Positions 10,225-21,562 are shown, numbered from the stretch's first letter. The stretch is 64,000 nt of DNA from Longimicrobiales bacterium (GCA_965218295.1 CBDCKN010000002.1:30890-94889); one strand, 5' to 3'. Notes: a model not told the origin generated them from the sequence alone. Numbers and translations are program-made.

Positions 10225-11012
10225 GGCGCTTCTCCTTGTACTTCATGGCCCTCATCTGTTTCTTCCGCGGCCCCCAGGCCGCGATAGACCCACAACTCCG
10301 CGAACGGCTTCACCTGCCGCAGCTTCACGCGCCGCCTCCGGGTGAGCTCGAGCCCGGCGAGAAACGTCATCACGCCGTGGATACGATTCTTGAATGGCCT
10401 GACGAGCCTGCTGAACTCGATCCGACGCACACGATCGAGCGTGCTGAGAATCAAGTTCATCTTGTCTTCCATGGCAACGGGCCGGGTGGCGACGAGATGC
10501 GCCCGGATTCTGGGCTCGGGAGGCGTCACCTCGAGGGCTGCCAGGAACACGTCCTCCCAGGTGCTCTCCAGTGGCGTCTCCTCCATGGGTGGGCGAACGC
10601 GTGGCTCCAAGAAGCCCTTCCCGAACCGCCGGGCGCGCTCCGCTTCGGAGGTGGCCATCCGCTGGCTGATCTCACGGATCTGCTCGTACTCCAGGAGACG
10701 GCGCACGAGCTCCGCCCTTGGATCCTCCTCCTCTTCGTCGCCGTGCCTCGGCAGGAGCATCTGCGCCTTGATTCTGATGAGCCCGGCCGCCATCTCCAGA
10801 AACTCGCCGGCATTGTCAAGGTCTTCGGCTCCGATCCCCTCGACAGCGGTGAGGAACTGACGGGTGATCAGGGAGATGGGGATCTCGAAGACGTCGATGT
10901 CCTGCTGCCGGATCAGATGAAGCAGCAGATCCAGGGGCCCCTGGAACCGCTCGATATCGATGACCAGGAAATCCTCTCGGGCGAGAGGACTGGCGGTGGG
11001 CGTCAGATCCAC
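10221..11012 (-). CDS. scpA: segregation and condensation protein A
   Basis: Motifs FQGPLDLLLHLI, DPRAELVRRLLEY, FLAGLEL; GTG start inferred. Confidence 0.93.
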   Translation of the reverse strand: MDLTPTASPLAREDFLVIDIERFQGPLDLLLHLIRQQDIDVFEIPISLITRQFLTAVEGIGAEDLDNAGEFLEMAAGLIRIKAQMLLPRHGDEEEEDPRAELVRRLLEYEQIREISQRMATSEAERARRFGKGFLEPRVRPPMEETPLESTWEDVFLAALEVTPPEPRIRAHLVATRPVAMEDKMNLILSTLDRVRRIEFSRLVRPFKNRIHGVMTFLAGLELTRRRRVKLRQVKPFAELWVYRGLGAAEETDEGHEVQGEAP

Positions 11013-11656
11013 AGATCGATGAAGGCATCGGCCAAGCCCATGAGGGCCAGGACGGGCCAGAGTACGAAGCTGAAGAACGGGGGATAGAAAAACACGAGCC
11101 CCAGGAGCACGAGCATTCCGTAACGGCCTGTCTGACGATACGTCGCTCCCCACCGCCGTGGCAGCAGGTGGTACATCACATGTGACCCGTCGAGGGGGGG
11201 AATCGGGAGGAGGTTGAAGACGGCCAGAATGAGGTTGATGAAGATCCCGAACCGGGCCATGCGGATCAAGAATCCTAGGACAGCCTCCCCCCCGCCGGCC
11301 ACCATCTGGAGCTTCACCATGGCCAGCGCCAACAAGGTGAAGACCACGGCCAGAAGCAGGTTCGAAACGATCCCCGCGAGCGAAACTTTGATGTCACCGC
11401 TCCTGTAGTTTCTGAACTTGCGGGGATCGATCGGCACAGGCTTCGCCCACCCGAAGATCAGGCCGTTCGCCATGAAGTGCAGGGCAACCGGGACGAGGAA
11501 CGACCCCATCAGATCCATGTGGGAGACGGGATTGAGGGTGATGCGTCCGAGCTGCTGGGCCGTGTCGTCGCCCTCCTTGAGAGCCACCCACGCGTGCGCC
11601 ACCTCGTGCACCACGATCGAGAAGATGAGCACGGGAAGAAGGGACAGGAAATCCAT
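11003..11656 (-). CDS. site-2 protease family (M50) membrane zinc metalloprotease
   Basis: Motifs HEVAH, GWAKPVP, FNLLPIPPLDG. Confidence 0.93.
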   Translation of the reverse strand: MDFLSLLPVLIFSIVVHEVAHAWVALKEGDDTAQQLGRITLNPVSHMDLMGSFLVPVALHFMANGLIFGWAKPVPIDPRKFRNYRSGDIKVSLAGIVSNLLLAVVFTLLALAMVKLQMVAGGGEAVLGFLIRMARFGIFINLILAVFNLLPIPPLDGSHVMYHLLPRRWGATYRQTGRYGMLVLLGLVFFYPPFFSFVLWPVLALMGLADAFIDLWI

Positions 11657-11787
11657 TGCGGGAAGGTACCCGGGATGCCCTGCGGGGGCTACCTTCAGCG
11701 CGTACCGACCGGTTCTTGATCGGCCTTGCCCTTTCGGATATACTCTCACGCTGATTTGGAAGGCAGTGCTAAGGTTTAGGGATCCGA

Positions 11788-12042
11788 ATGCCGAACATCA
11801 AGAGTGCCAAGAAGCGGATGCGCTTGAGCCGCGCCGCCAACGAGCGTAACCGGGCCCAGCGGTCACGGCTGCGGACCGCTGTCAAGCGAGTCCAGCAGGC
11901 CGAAGACGCCGCCAGCGCCCAAGCCGCATACAAGCGCGTCCAGGTGCTTCTCGACCGCGCCGCCACCAGCCGGCTGATTCATCCGAATACGGTGGCGCGC
12001 ATGAAGAGCAACTTGGCACGCAGAGTAAACGGGATGGCCTAG
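11788..12042 (+). CDS. rpsT: 30S ribosomal protein S20
   Basis: MPNIKSAKKR...LIHPNTVARMKS. Confidence 0.97.
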   Translation: MPNIKSAKKRMRLSRAANERNRAQRSRLRTAVKRVQQAEDAASAQAAYKRVQVLLDRAATSRLIHPNTVARMKSNLARRVNGMA

Positions 12043-12086
12043 GTCGTCAGCGCGAGAGGGGCTTCTGATCGCGCTGTAGGGCTTCT

Positions 12087-13376
12087 CTAGCCGTTCGACT
12101 GCCAGACGACCTCGCCCCCTACGATCGTGAACCGGGCGCGCCCGGTGAGCTCCCAGCAGTGGAATGGCGTGTTTCGACTCTTCGACAAGAAGGCCGCCCG
12201 ATCCACCGTCCACGCCTCTTCCAGGTCGATGATGGTGACATCGCCGACCGAGCCGGCGGACAGAGTCCCGCCCGGAAGGCCGAAGGCCCGCGCCGGGCCA
12301 CAGCTCATGCGGTCGACCAGCATGGGCAGGTCGATGACGTCCTTGCCCACCACGTGGGTGAGAGCCAGTCCAAGGGACGTCTCGAGACCGACGATGCCGT
12401 TGGGGGCATCGTCGAAGGCCTGCTCCTTCTCGTCGTAGTGGTGAGGCGCGTGGTCGGTGGCCAGGACGCAAAGAGTCCCATCGGCCAGCCCCTGGCGGAC
12501 TGCCTCGCGATCGACGGCCGAGCGAAGGGGGGGATTCATCTTCGCGTCGGTGTCGTAGCCCTCCACCGCCTCGTCCGTGAGAACGAGGTGGTGAGGCGAC
12601 GCCTCGGCCGTGACGCTCACGCCTCGCGCCTTTGCCTGCCGGATCGCCTCTACGCTGTAGGCCGTGGACACGTGCTGGAGATGGATACGGCCTCCCGTGA
12701 GCTCGGCCAGCAACAGGTCACGGACGATGTGGACGTCCTCGGAGGCGTTGGGCTTGCCTCTCAGGCCCAGCCTGGTCGATACCAGGCCCTCGTTCATGAC
12801 CCCCTGCCCCGAGAGTCCCAAATCCTCCGGATGGTCCGCCACGGGCACGTCGAACGCCTGGGCGTATTCCATCGCCCGTCGCATGAGCCCAGAGTTCATG
12901 ACCGGATTCCCATCGTCGGTGATGCCGACGGCTCCGGCCTCCACCATCTCTCCGATGGCCGCTAGCTGCCGTCCCTCTTGGCCCTGCGAGATGGCGCCGA
13001 CGGGATAGACCCTGGCCGCTCGGGCAGCGGCTCCCTGGGCCAGAACGAAACCGACGCCGGCCGGGTCGTCGACCACAGGATCGGTGTTGGGCATGGCGCA
13101 CACGGCAGTGAATCCACCGGCGGCCGCGGCCCTCGCTCCCGTGGCGATGGTCTCCTTGTGCTCCCCTCCGGGCTCCCGGAGGTGGACGTGGACGTCGATG
13201 AGGCCGGGAGTGATGAGCAGACCCGACGCGTCGATCTCCTGCGCCCCCTCCGGGGCGTCGAGCCCCTCGCCCACGCCGGCGACCAGCCCGTCGACGACGA
13301 GGACATCTCTCGTGGCATCCAGGTCCTGGCTGGGGTCTAGCACCCGGCCGCCTCGTATCAGAAGGGGGCGACTCAC
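12087..13376 (-). CDS. pyrC: dihydroorotase
   Basis: Motifs [37 protein letters not shown]. Confidence 0.96.
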   Translation of the reverse strand: MSRPLLIRGGRVLDPSQDLDATRDVLVVDGLVAGVGEGLDAPEGAQEIDASGLLITPGLIDVHVHLREPGGEHKETIATGARAAAAGGFTAVCAMPNTDPVVDDPAGVGFVLAQGAAARAARVYPVGAISQGQEGRQLAAIGEMVEAGAVGITDDGNPVMNSGLMRRAMEYAQAFDVPVADHPEDLGLSGQGVMNEGLVSTRLGLRGKPNASEDVHIVRDLLLAELTGGRIHLQHVSTAYSVEAIRQAKARGVSVTAEASPHHLVLTDEAVEGYDTDAKMNPPLRSAVDREAVRQGLADGTLCVLATDHAPHHYDEKEQAFDDAPNGIVGLETSLGLALTHVVGKDVIDLPMLVDRMSCGPARAFGLPGGTLSAGSVGDVTIIDLEEAWTVDRAAFLSKSRNTPFHCWELTGRARFTIVGGEVVWQSNG

Positions 13377-14344
13377 CCCTCTCCACCCTCCTTGGCGGCC
13401 TCGGCGGTATCGGGCTCGCCTCCGGCGAGCAGGTAGAGAACCGCCATACGGACCGCCACGCCGTTCGTCACCTGCTGGAGAATCACCGAGTGCGGCCCGT
13501 CCGCGACATCACTGTCGATCTCCACGCCGCGGTTCATGGGGCCCGGGTGCATGATGAGCAGATCCTTGGGCGCTTGATCCAGGCGACCCTGCGAGACCCC
13601 CCAAACCCGGTTGTATTCGCGCAGGCTCGGGAGGTATCCCCCCTCCATGCGCTCCAGCTGCAGACGAAGGACGTTCAATACGTCCGCCCACTCGATGGCT
13701 TCTTCGATGCGCTGGAAGACCGTCACCCCGAGATCGGAGATCCTCATGGGGAGCAGGGTCTTCGGACCGCACACGGCCACCTCGGCTCCGAGCTTGACGA
13801 GCCCGTAGATGTTGGACCGGGCCACCCTCGAGTGCAGGATGTCTCCCACGATGCAGACCTTGAGGCCCTCGATCCGGCCCAGGTGGTCCCGGATCGTGAG
13901 CATGTCCAGAAGAGCCTGCGTGGGATGCTCATGGCTTCCGTCGCCGGCGTTGATGACCATGGAGGGAATTCGCTCCGCCAGGAACTTGGCTGCGCCGGAC
14001 GAGCCGTGGCGCATAACAACCATGTCGATCCTCATGGCCTCCAGGTTCCGAGCCGAGTCCACCAGGTTCTCGCCCTTCACCACGGAGGAGCCACTCGACG
14101 AGATGTTCACCGTGTCGGCGCTCAGACGCTTCTCGGCGAACTCGAAGGAGACCCGGGTTCGAGTCGAAGGCTCGAAGAAGAGATTGACGATCGTCTTTCC
14201 GCGGAGGACCGGCACCTTCTTGATGCGCCGCTCGGAGATCTCCTTGAAGGGCTCCGCGGTATCGAGGATGGTGAGAATCTGCTGACAGGTGAGGTGCTCG
14301 AGGCCGACCAGGTCCTTGCCGATGGAAGAGGCCGTTCGATTCAT
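13373..14344 (-). CDS. pyrB: aspartate carbamoyltransferase catalytic subunit
   Basis: Motifs [34 protein letters not shown]. Confidence 0.97.
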   Translation of the reverse strand: MNRTASSIGKDLVGLEHLTCQQILTILDTAEPFKEISERRIKKVPVLRGKTIVNLFFEPSTRTRVSFEFAEKRLSADTVNISSSGSSVVKGENLVDSARNLEAMRIDMVVMRHGSSGAAKFLAERIPSMVINAGDGSHEHPTQALLDMLTIRDHLGRIEGLKVCIVGDILHSRVARSNIYGLVKLGAEVAVCGPKTLLPMRISDLGVTVFQRIEEAIEWADVLNVLRLQLERMEGGYLPSLREYNRVWGVSQGRLDQAPKDLLIMHPGPMNRGVEIDSDVADGPHSVILQQVTNGVAVRMAVLYLLAGGEPDTAEAAKEGGEG

Positions 14345-14874
14345 GCCGCCTCCGGTGAGACCGGCACGATGTCCACCGCGAGCTTGCCGTCGAGCTCGGG
14401 CACGCTCACGTCCACAGTCTGGTCGGGGAGCACCGACACCACCCGTCCCACGACATCCGGCTGAATCGGGATCTCGCGCCCGCCTCGATCGACCAGCACG
14501 CAGAGAAACACTCGCGACGGCCGTCCCCAATCCATGAGCTCGTTCAGGGCCGCCCGAATGGTGCGTCCGGTGAAGATGACGTCGTCCACGAGCACCACCA
14601 CACGCTCATCCACCCCACCGGCTGGTAGGACGGACTCGCCCACCACCGGCCGGGGTCCGATAGCCATCAGGTCGTCCCGGTAGAGGGTGATGTCCAGGGT
14701 ACCTACTGGGAGGGCCACGCCCTCTGCCCGCTCAACCTCGGCTTGGATCAGATGGGCGATCTGCACCCCGCGGCGCTGGATTCCCAGAAGGGCAAGATCG
14801 CTGGGTCCTTCGTTCTCCTCGACGAGCTCGCGGGCCATCCGTGCGACGGCCCGCCGAACCGCCTGTTCGTCCAT
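14341..14874 (-). CDS. pyrR: PyrR regulator / uracil phosphoribosyltransferase
   Basis: Motifs [38 protein letters not shown]. Confidence 0.95.
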   Translation of the reverse strand: MDEQAVRRAVARMARELVEENEGPSDLALLGIQRRGVQIAHLIQAEVERAEGVALPVGTLDITLYRDDLMAIGPRPVVGESVLPAGGVDERVVVLVDDVIFTGRTIRAALNELMDWGRPSRVFLCVLVDRGGREIPIQPDVVGRVVSVLPDQTVDVSVPELDGKLAVDIVPVSPEAA

Positions 14875-15081
14875 GATCGAGACGTGCAGTGAAAGCTCCT
14901 GTCCAGAGGCCTATATGCGCCAATCCCCGAAGGCCGATCCCCGGTGGAGCCGGCCCCCGGGGTTCGTATTACGCGTCCAGGGCGCCGGAAGGTAGACAAG
15001 GTGCCGGGGCTTTACAAGGGAACGACGGCCGGGCATCATGAACGCCGTTTGACAACACCCAACACCGTTGAAACGGCCCCT

Positions 15082-17052
15082 ATGCGTCTGAGCTCCATGT
15101 CCCGCCTCTTCCTGCTGGCGACCTCTCTCGCGGCGTTCGCACCGCAGGCCGCCCTCGCTCAGAAAGTGACCAATGCGCCGAAGGTGATCCTCGGCGGAGT
15201 GCCGTTCACACTCGACGTTTCGGGCGGAGGTGACACCTCTCTCGGGTATGAAGTCCGAGATGCCCAGGGGACGCTTCTGAGCTCCGGGACCGTTGCCCCG
15301 AGAGAGACGGTGACGGCGACCGACTTGGTGGTTCCCGGCCGTGACGGGCTTCCGGTTACGGTCAGCATCGGTGACACCACCCATCAGATCGCACGACCGT
15401 ATGCGCCCGGTTGGTTTTCGATCGTTCCACCCCTGGTCGCGATCCTCCTCGCACTGATCTTCCGAGAGGTCATCACGGCCCTTCTGGCGGGCATCTGGTT
15501 GGGCGCCCTGGCCGTGGCGGGCTATAACCCCCTCTCGGCGCTCTGGCGCACCATCGACACATATGCGGTGCCGGCCCTGGGTGACGTGGACGGGGGGCAC
15601 ACCCAGATCGTCGTCTTCTCCCTCCTGTTGGGCGGTCTAGTGGGCATCGTGGCCAGGAACGGCGGGACCCAGGGCATTGTCGACGCCGTGAGCCCCTTCG
15701 CCAGCACGAGCCGGCGTGGCAAGATCGCAACGTGGCTGGCAGGGCTGGCCATCTTCTTCGACGACTACGCCAACACGCTCATCGTCGGAAACACGATGCG
15801 GCCCATCACTGATCGCCTGAAGATCTCCAGGGAGAAGCTCGCCTACATCGTGGACTCCACCGCCGCCCCTGTAGCGGCCATAGTCCCCATCTCGACATGG
15901 GTGGGATACGAGATCTCCCTCATCGCCGACGGCATGAGGATCGCTGCAGCACAGCCCGGCGCGGATCCGGCGCTCATAGAGACACTCTCGTCCGTCAGCC
16001 CGTTCGCGGTCTTCATCGCCACCGTCCCTTATCTGTTCTATCCGATTCTGGCTCTCGCTTTCGTGTTCATCACGTCCATCACCAACCGCGACTTCGGACC
16101 CATGTCCGTAGCAGAGCGTCGGGCGGCGGCCGGCGACGGGCTCTACCGCTCGGGAGCACAGCTCGCGATGGACACCTCGGACTCGCTCCTGCAGCCCGCA
16201 GAAGGGGTCGTCCCGCGGTGGTACAACGCGGCGATTCCCATAGTGACCGTGATCCTGGTGGTGTTGACCGGGCTCTACACGAGTGGGAGGGCCTCCGTGG
16301 GAGCCAACGCCCGTCTCATGGACATCTTCGGGGCCGCCGATCCCTTCGCCACGCTCCTGTGGGGTTCGTTCGCCGGCTGCTTCGTGGCCATCGTCCTCTC
16401 GGTCACCCAGCGGATCCTCTCCGTCAAGGAGTCACTGGACACCTGGCTGGCCGGCATGAAGGCGATGCTCATGGCGATGATCATCCTCACCATGGCGTGG
16501 TCACTGGGACAGATCACCAACGATCTGGGGACCGCACAGTACCTGGCTCAGATCCTAAGCGACGCGCTTCCCATCGAGGTCATCCCCATGCTGGTGTTCC
16601 TCACGGCTGCGGCCATGGCCTTCGCGACGGGAACGTCCTGGGCGACCATGGCCATCCTCATCCCCGTGGTGATCCCCCTCACCGTCAGCCTGGGAGGGGG
16701 CGAGGGCTTCATGGTGGCCGGCGAATACTCGATCCTGCTCGGCGCCATCAGCTCGGTCCTGGCCGGAGCGATCTTCGGCGATCATTGCTCGCCGATCTCG
16801 GACACGACGGTGCTCAGCTCCACGGCGGCGGCGTGCGATCATGTGGACCACGTGAAGACCCAGCTGCCGTACGCGCTACTCGTAGCGGCCCTGGGAATAG
16901 CCATCGGTGACCTGGGAACGGCCCTGGGCCTCCCGGTTTGGGTCGCGCTGCTGCTGGGCGTCGGGATTCTGGTGGGCTTCCTCAGGCTTCTGGGGACCTC
17001 GGTAGTCGTCCGAGATACCGACCTCGACACATATCCCCCTAGTGCCAGCTAG
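15082..17052 (+). CDS. NhaC-family Na+/H+ antiporter-like transporter with N-terminal extracytoplasmic extension
   Basis: Motifs IFFDDYAN, DSTAAP, FATGTSW, GDHCSPISDTT; signal-peptide-like N-terminus. Confidence 0.9.
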   Translation: MRLSSMSRLFLLATSLAAFAPQAALAQKVTNAPKVILGGVPFTLDVSGGGDTSLGYEVRDAQGTLLSSGTVAPRETVTATDLVVPGRDGLPVTVSIGDTTHQIARPYAPGWFSIVPPLVAILLALIFREVITALLAGIWLGALAVAGYNPLSALWRTIDTYAVPALGDVDGGHTQIVVFSLLLGGLVGIVARNGGTQGIVDAVSPFASTSRRGKIATWLAGLAIFFDDYANTLIVGNTMRPITDRLKISREKLAYIVDSTAAPVAAIVPISTWVGYEISLIADGMRIAAAQPGADPALIETLSSVSPFAVFIATVPYLFYPILALAFVFITSITNRDFGPMSVAERRAAAGDGLYRSGAQLAMDTSDSLLQPAEGVVPRWYNAAIPIVTVILVVLTGLYTSGRASVGANARLMDIFGAADPFATLLWGSFAGCFVAIVLSVTQRILSVKESLDTWLAGMKAMLMAMIILTMAWSLGQITNDLGTAQYLAQILSDALPIEVIPMLVFLTAAAMAFATGTSWATMAILIPVVIPLTVSLGGGEGFMVAGEYSILLGAISSVLAGAIFGDHCSPISDTTVLSSTAAACDHVDHVKTQLPYALLVAALGIAIGDLGTALGLPVWVALLLGVGILVGFLRLLGTSVVVRDTDLDTYPPSAS

Positions 17053-17154
17053 GTCGACGATGCCAGCATCCCAATCCGCCTCGGCGCCCCCCTAGAGTTC
17101 TGATCACGGTTCGATTCTGAAGTTCGGGCTGGAGTTGGGCACCGCCTCCCTACC

Positions 17155-17652
17155 CTACCCACGTCGCGCACGGAAGAACTCCTCAAGCAGTATCCCACAG
17201 GCATCGGCCAGCACCTCCCCCGTCACCTCGATCACGTGATTCAGTCGCTCGTCCTGGACCAGGTTACCAAGGCTTCCCACCATTCCGGCCCTGGGGTCCG
17301 ACGCTCCGAACACGAGGCGCGGAAGGCGAGAGAGGACCAACGCACCGGCACACATGGCGCACGGCTCCAGGGTAACGTAGAGGGTGCACTCCAGGAGCCT
17401 CCAATCGCCGAGCCGCTCGGCAGCCTTACGGAGCACCACGACCTCCGCGTGCACCGTAGGGTCCTTGGCCGTGACGGTCAGGTTATGCCCTTCGGCCAGG
17501 AGGCGGCCGTCCCGGGTGAGCACCGCGCCCACAGGCACCTCCCCCTGCGAGCCGGCCACCCTGGCCATCTCCACGGCCCGGGCCATCCACATGGGGTCAC
17601 CGGGTTGAGATGCGGTCCAGTCGACTACGGGGGGAGGCGTGAACTCGCTCAA
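17155..17652 (-). CDS. tadA: tRNA adenosine(34) deaminase
   Basis: Motifs GEVPVGAV, HAE, TLEPCAMCAGA; start uncertain. Confidence 0.92.
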   Translation of the reverse strand: MSEFTPPPVVDWTASQPGDPMWMARAVEMARVAGSQGEVPVGAVLTRDGRLLAEGHNLTVTAKDPTVHAEVVVLRKAAERLGDWRLLECTLYVTLEPCAMCAGALVLSRLPRLVFGASDPRAGMVGSLGNLVQDERLNHVIEVTGEVLADACGILLEEFFRARRG

Positions 17653-17705
17653 TGCTCGACTACCGGAAGGTGGGTGCCCCGGGGAGATCCCGGCGGGCAC
17701 ATCCG

Positions 17706-18359
17706 TCAGTGGGCCGTGGTGCTGACCACGATGGGAGCGTCGTCCATCCGCCGGTAGAGGGCCACGACCCGCCCGATGAGTTGCAGCTGGGAGGGATCCT
17801 CCAACGTCGTCACCTGTCCTCCGCCTCGCACCGGCGCGAGGTCGACGCCGCGGCCGTTGCGCGAGAACTCGTAGAAGGACGGCGCGCCCTTGATGCGCGC
17901 CACCACGATGGAGTGCTCCGCCAGCCCTTCGACCACGGCTGGCTCGATCAGCAGGTAGTCACCTTCGGCGATGTCGAAAGAGGCGAACCCCTCGCCCGTC
18001 GCACGTACGAAGAACGACCCCTTCGCACCAGCGAGCCGTCGGTCCATCGTCAGATGCATCTCGGCCTGCTCGGTGCGGAGCCCGAGCCGATCCTGCGGGA
18101 GCTCGTGATAGCAGGGTACGGAGACCGTCTGGGCGCTCAGATCCACGCCCAAGATCTTTACCCCCCGTGAGCGGGAGGGGTCTCGCTCGAGGAATCCCTT
18201 GTCGGCGAGGGCCTGGAGATGCTCCGATACGGTCTTGGTACTCTTGATACCGAACCGTTCCCCGATCTCGCGGATGGAGGGCTGATAAGTGTTGGTACGC
18301 AGATAATGCACCATGAAGTCGAGAATCTTTCGCTCGATTTCGGTGATGCTTTGCTCCAT
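17706..18359 (-). CDS. LexA-like repressor (wHTH plus degenerate S24 domain), predicted non-cleavable
   Basis: PSIREIGERFGIKSTKTVSEHLQALADKGFL...SRG is a LexA DNA-binding domain; the C-domain lacks the Ala-Gly site and the catalytic Ser and Lys. Confidence 0.85.
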   Translation of the reverse strand: MEQSITEIERKILDFMVHYLRTNTYQPSIREIGERFGIKSTKTVSEHLQALADKGFLERDPSRSRGVKILGVDLSAQTVSVPCYHELPQDRLGLRTEQAEMHLTMDRRLAGAKGSFFVRATGEGFASFDIAEGDYLLIEPAVVEGLAEHSIVVARIKGAPSFYEFSRNGRGVDLAPVRGGGQVTTLEDPSQLQLIGRVVALYRRMDDAPIVVSTTAH

Positions 18360-18503
18360 CCCGGACTCCGATATTCGCGATACCGCCCCGTTGCGGTCGC
18401 CTACAGGGAGAATAAACACCTGTTCCCGCCACCGAAAGGGTCTTGTGGGGGCTGGGGTGGAGACATCCTAATGCGCGGCGATCCGCCTAGTCAAGAAAGA
18501 ACT

Positions 18504-19970
18504 TTAATTGCCTGCCAGAGTGGGCGTGTCAGGGACTTCGAGACGCTCGATGGCCCCGTCCAAGCGTGCCAAAACCCGCTCCCTGCCTAGAAAATCCAAG
18601 ACTTCGAAGATTCCAGGGCTCGCTTGGCGCCCCGTCACGGCCACGCGGAGCGGGTGGATCACCTTACCCGCCCCCACCGAAGCCTCCTCCGCATAACCCC
18701 TCACGATCTCCTCGAGCGTGGCTACCTCCCATGTCGCGTCAGCCAGCCTCGAGCGCAGGCTTTTCAGCCGCTCCAGGGCCTCTTCAGGCGCCTTCAGCCA
18801 GTATTTCTGGACGGCCTCGGGGTCGAAGTCGAGCTCCTCCGAGAGGAATGGACGGGCCAGATCCACGAGATCGGGGACGCGGCGCGCCCTGGTCTTCAGG
18901 AGATCGATGAGACTGAGATACCAGTCCCAACGGCCCTGCAGCTCCTCTCGGGTTGCCAGCCCCGCCGCCACCAGCCCCTCAGTAAGCAGAGGCTCGAGCT
19001 CCTCCGCGCTGCTGGCGTTGAAGTGCTGTCCGGAGAGCCAATCCAGCTTCTTGGCGTCGAAGACCGAGCTCTTCTTGAGGACCCGGTCCATGGAGAAGCG
19101 CTCGATGAGCTCCTCCACGGTCATGACCTCCTGATCGTCGCCGGGACTCCAACCGAGGAGCGCCAGGAAGTTGACCATGGCCTCGGCGAGGAATCCCTCT
19201 TCCTCGTACTCCCCCACCGTCGTCGCTCCATGGCGCTTGGAGAGCCGCTTTCCGTCCGAGCCGAGAATCATCGGAACGTGACCGAAGACGGGGACGGGCC
19301 AGCCCATGGCCTGGTAGATCAGAATCTGCTTTGGCGTGTTCGAGAGGTGATCGTCCCCGCGAATCACGTGGCTGATACGCTGCTCCGCATCGTCGGACGC
19401 GACCGCGAGATTGTACGTGGGATTCCCGTCACCGCGGAGAATGACCAGATCGTCGATCTCCTCATTCTGGAACGTCATCTTGCCGTGAACCATGTCCTCC
19501 CACACCGTCTCCCCCTCCGGCACGCAGAAGCGGATCGCATGGGGAGCCCCCTTCGCCGCCAGATCCTCGGCCTCTGCAGGCGCCAGCGACTCCGCGCGCC
19601 GTCGGGGGATGCGACGGTCGGATCGCCCGCCCTTGGCCGCCTCTCTCTCCTGAGCGAGCTCCTCGGGGGTCGTGAAGTCCCGGTAAGCCTTCCCGGCGCT
19701 CAGCAAGGTCATGGCATCCTGCCGGTGTCGCTCGACCCCCTCGCTCTGATAGTAGGGACCCTCGTCCCAGTCGAGACCCAACCAGCGGAGCCCGTGGAGG
19801 ATGGCCTCGGCATGCTCGGGCTTCGAGCGGTCCCGATCGGTGTCTTCGATGCGGAGCACGAGGGCGCCCCCGTGATGTCGCGCGAACAGCCAATTGAAGA
19901 GGGCCGTGCGCGCCCCACCGACGTGCAAGTATCCCGTGGGCGAGGGAGGGAATCGGACTCTTATCGACAT
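18504..19970 (-). CDS. gltX: glutamate--tRNA ligase
   Basis: Motifs RFPPSPTGYLHVGGAR, LRIEDTD, RLSKRHG. Confidence 0.97.
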   Translation of the reverse strand: MSIRVRFPPSPTGYLHVGGARTALFNWLFARHHGGALVLRIEDTDRDRSKPEHAEAILHGLRWLGLDWDEGPYYQSEGVERHRQDAMTLLSAGKAYRDFTTPEELAQEREAAKGGRSDRRIPRRRAESLAPAEAEDLAAKGAPHAIRFCVPEGETVWEDMVHGKMTFQNEEIDDLVILRGDGNPTYNLAVASDDAEQRISHVIRGDDHLSNTPKQILIYQAMGWPVPVFGHVPMILGSDGKRLSKRHGATTVGEYEEEGFLAEAMVNFLALLGWSPGDDQEVMTVEELIERFSMDRVLKKSSVFDAKKLDWLSGQHFNASSAEELEPLLTEGLVAAGLATREELQGRWDWYLSLIDLLKTRARRVPDLVDLARPFLSEELDFDPEAVQKYWLKAPEEALERLKSLRSRLADATWEVATLEEIVRGYAEEASVGAGKVIHPLRVAVTGRQASPGIFEVLDFLGRERVLARLDGAIERLEVPDTPTLAGN

Positions 19971-20105
19971 ATTATGCAGGCCGCTTCTGCTGAGCCGCTT
20001 CTGCGGGGGCTAGAGAGATAGACCGGGCTCACAGCGCTGTAAAGGCCGGCGTTTTTGCCTTCTCCATCTGTGTTCCATAGTGTTGGCGCTTTGGAGCACA
20101 CGGTG

Positions 20106-21562
20106 GAAGCTGTCCCAACCGTAGTTGAAGGTTCCTGATAGGGGAGAAAGAAAAGTGGTGGCTCCGGGGGTCCCGGGCCGATAGGCTCGGGTAGGCAAAA
20201 ACCCCAACACGGAGCCACCACGATGAAGAGAACGTACGAGGTAAGGGATCGGGCGGACAAGCGCGCGATCAGGGAGTTCCTGAAGCGGGAGGGGCAGTTT
20301 CTGCTTCCGATGCTTGAGCTCGTGGAGCAGACGGAGGTCGCGATCGACGAAGTCATCCAGGTGATGGGACGAGCGACGATCGAAGCGGTGCTGGAGATGA
20401 GCGCCGAGGGTGTGGCAGGCGTGAAGCAGGCAGGTCGGTCACGAGCGGAAGACGACACGGTGTGGTATGGCCGGCAGGGTGGTGTGGTTTACCTGTCGGA
20501 CCGGAAGGTGCGTGTGGAGCGGCCACGGCTCAGGCGCCGGGGCGCCGGGGAGGGTGGCGAGGTCGAGGTGCCGGCGTACGCAGCGATGCGGAGACCGGGC
20601 GCCGTGGCGGATCGGATGCTCGAGGTCCTGATGGCGGGGGTGAGCACGCGGAAGTACGGCCGTGTGATCGGTGAGATGGCCGACACGGTCGGGGTGAGCA
20701 AGTCGGCGGTGAGCCGTGAGACGGTCGAGGCCTCGGAGCGCGTGCTGAAGGAGCTGATGGAGCGCCGGCTGGATGCGTGGGACCTCCTGGTGATCTACCT
20801 GGACGGGATCCAGATGGGCTCGCACCACGTGCTTGCTGCGGTAGGCGTGGACTCAGACGGAAAGAAGCACGTGCTGGGCGTGAGGGAAGGAGCGAGTGAG
20901 AACGCCGAGGTGACCGGGGCGCTCCTAGAGGATCTGGTCGAGCGCGGCCTGGACCCGGGCAGGCGGCGGCTGTTCGTGATCGATGGCTCGAAAGCGCTCA
21001 GGAAGGCGATCGAGAAGGTGTTCGGCCAACGTCACCCCATCCAGCGCTGCCGCAACCACAAGCTCCGCAACGTGCTGGGTCATCTGCCGAAGGATCAGCA
21101 TCCTCAGGTGAAGGCGGCGTTCCGGGCGGCGATGAAGCTGGACGCGAAGCAGGGCGAGCAGAAGCTCGAGCAGCTCGCCCGATGGCTCGAGCGCGACCAC
21201 CCCTCGGCCTCGGCCAGCCTACGCGAAGGCCTCAGCGAGATGTTCACGATCAACCGGCTCGGCCTCCCGCCGCGGCTGAGGAAGTGCCTGGGCTCGACCA
21301 ACCTGATCGACAGCACCCACTCGGGCGTAAGACAGAAGACCCGCAGGGTGACCAACTGGAAGAACGGAGCGATGGCCTTGCGCTGGGCTGCGGCCTCGTT
21401 CGTGGAGACCGAGAAGAGCTACCGGAGGATCATCGGCTACGACCAGCTCTGGATGCTCAGGGCCCACCTCGACGACCATGAACCGGTTGCCGAAATGAGA
21501 AAGGCAGGCTAACAAGGAGACTCTCCGGAGCCACCACCTTCAACTGTCAGCGGGACACCATC
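20106..21562 (+). mobile_element. IS256-family element A, copy 2 (1457 bp)
   Basis: IRs GAAGCTGTCCCAACCGTAGTTGAAGG / GATGGTGTCCCGCTGACAGTTGAAGG (rc); TSD ACACGGTG at 20098-20105 and 21563-21570. Confidence 0.96.
20223..21512 (+). CDS. IS256-family transposase A
   Basis: Full 429-aa DDE transposase. Confidence 0.95.
   Translation: MKRTYEVRDRADKRAIREFLKREGQFLLPMLELVEQTEVAIDEVIQVMGRATIEAVLEMSAEGVAGVKQAGRSRAEDDTVWYGRQGGVVYLSDRKVRVERPRLRRRGAGEGGEVEVPAYAAMRRPGAVADRMLEVLMAGVSTRKYGRVIGEMADTVGVSKSAVSRETVEASERVLKELMERRLDAWDLLVIYLDGIQMGSHHVLAAVGVDSDGKKHVLGVREGASENAEVTGALLEDLVERGLDPGRRRLFVIDGSKALRKAIEKVFGQRHPIQRCRNHKLRNVLGHLPKDQHPQVKAAFRAAMKLDAKQGEQKLEQLARWLERDHPSASASLREGLSEMFTINRLGLPPRLRKCLGSTNLIDSTHSGVRQKTRRVTNWKNGAMALRWAAASFVETEKSYRRIIGYDQLWMLRAHLDDHEPVAEMRKAG

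Noticed and set aside
14875..15080. PyrR-binding attenuator
   Set aside because: The only similar motif (GTCCAGAGGC) is on the wrong strand, and no U-tailed terminator is visible.
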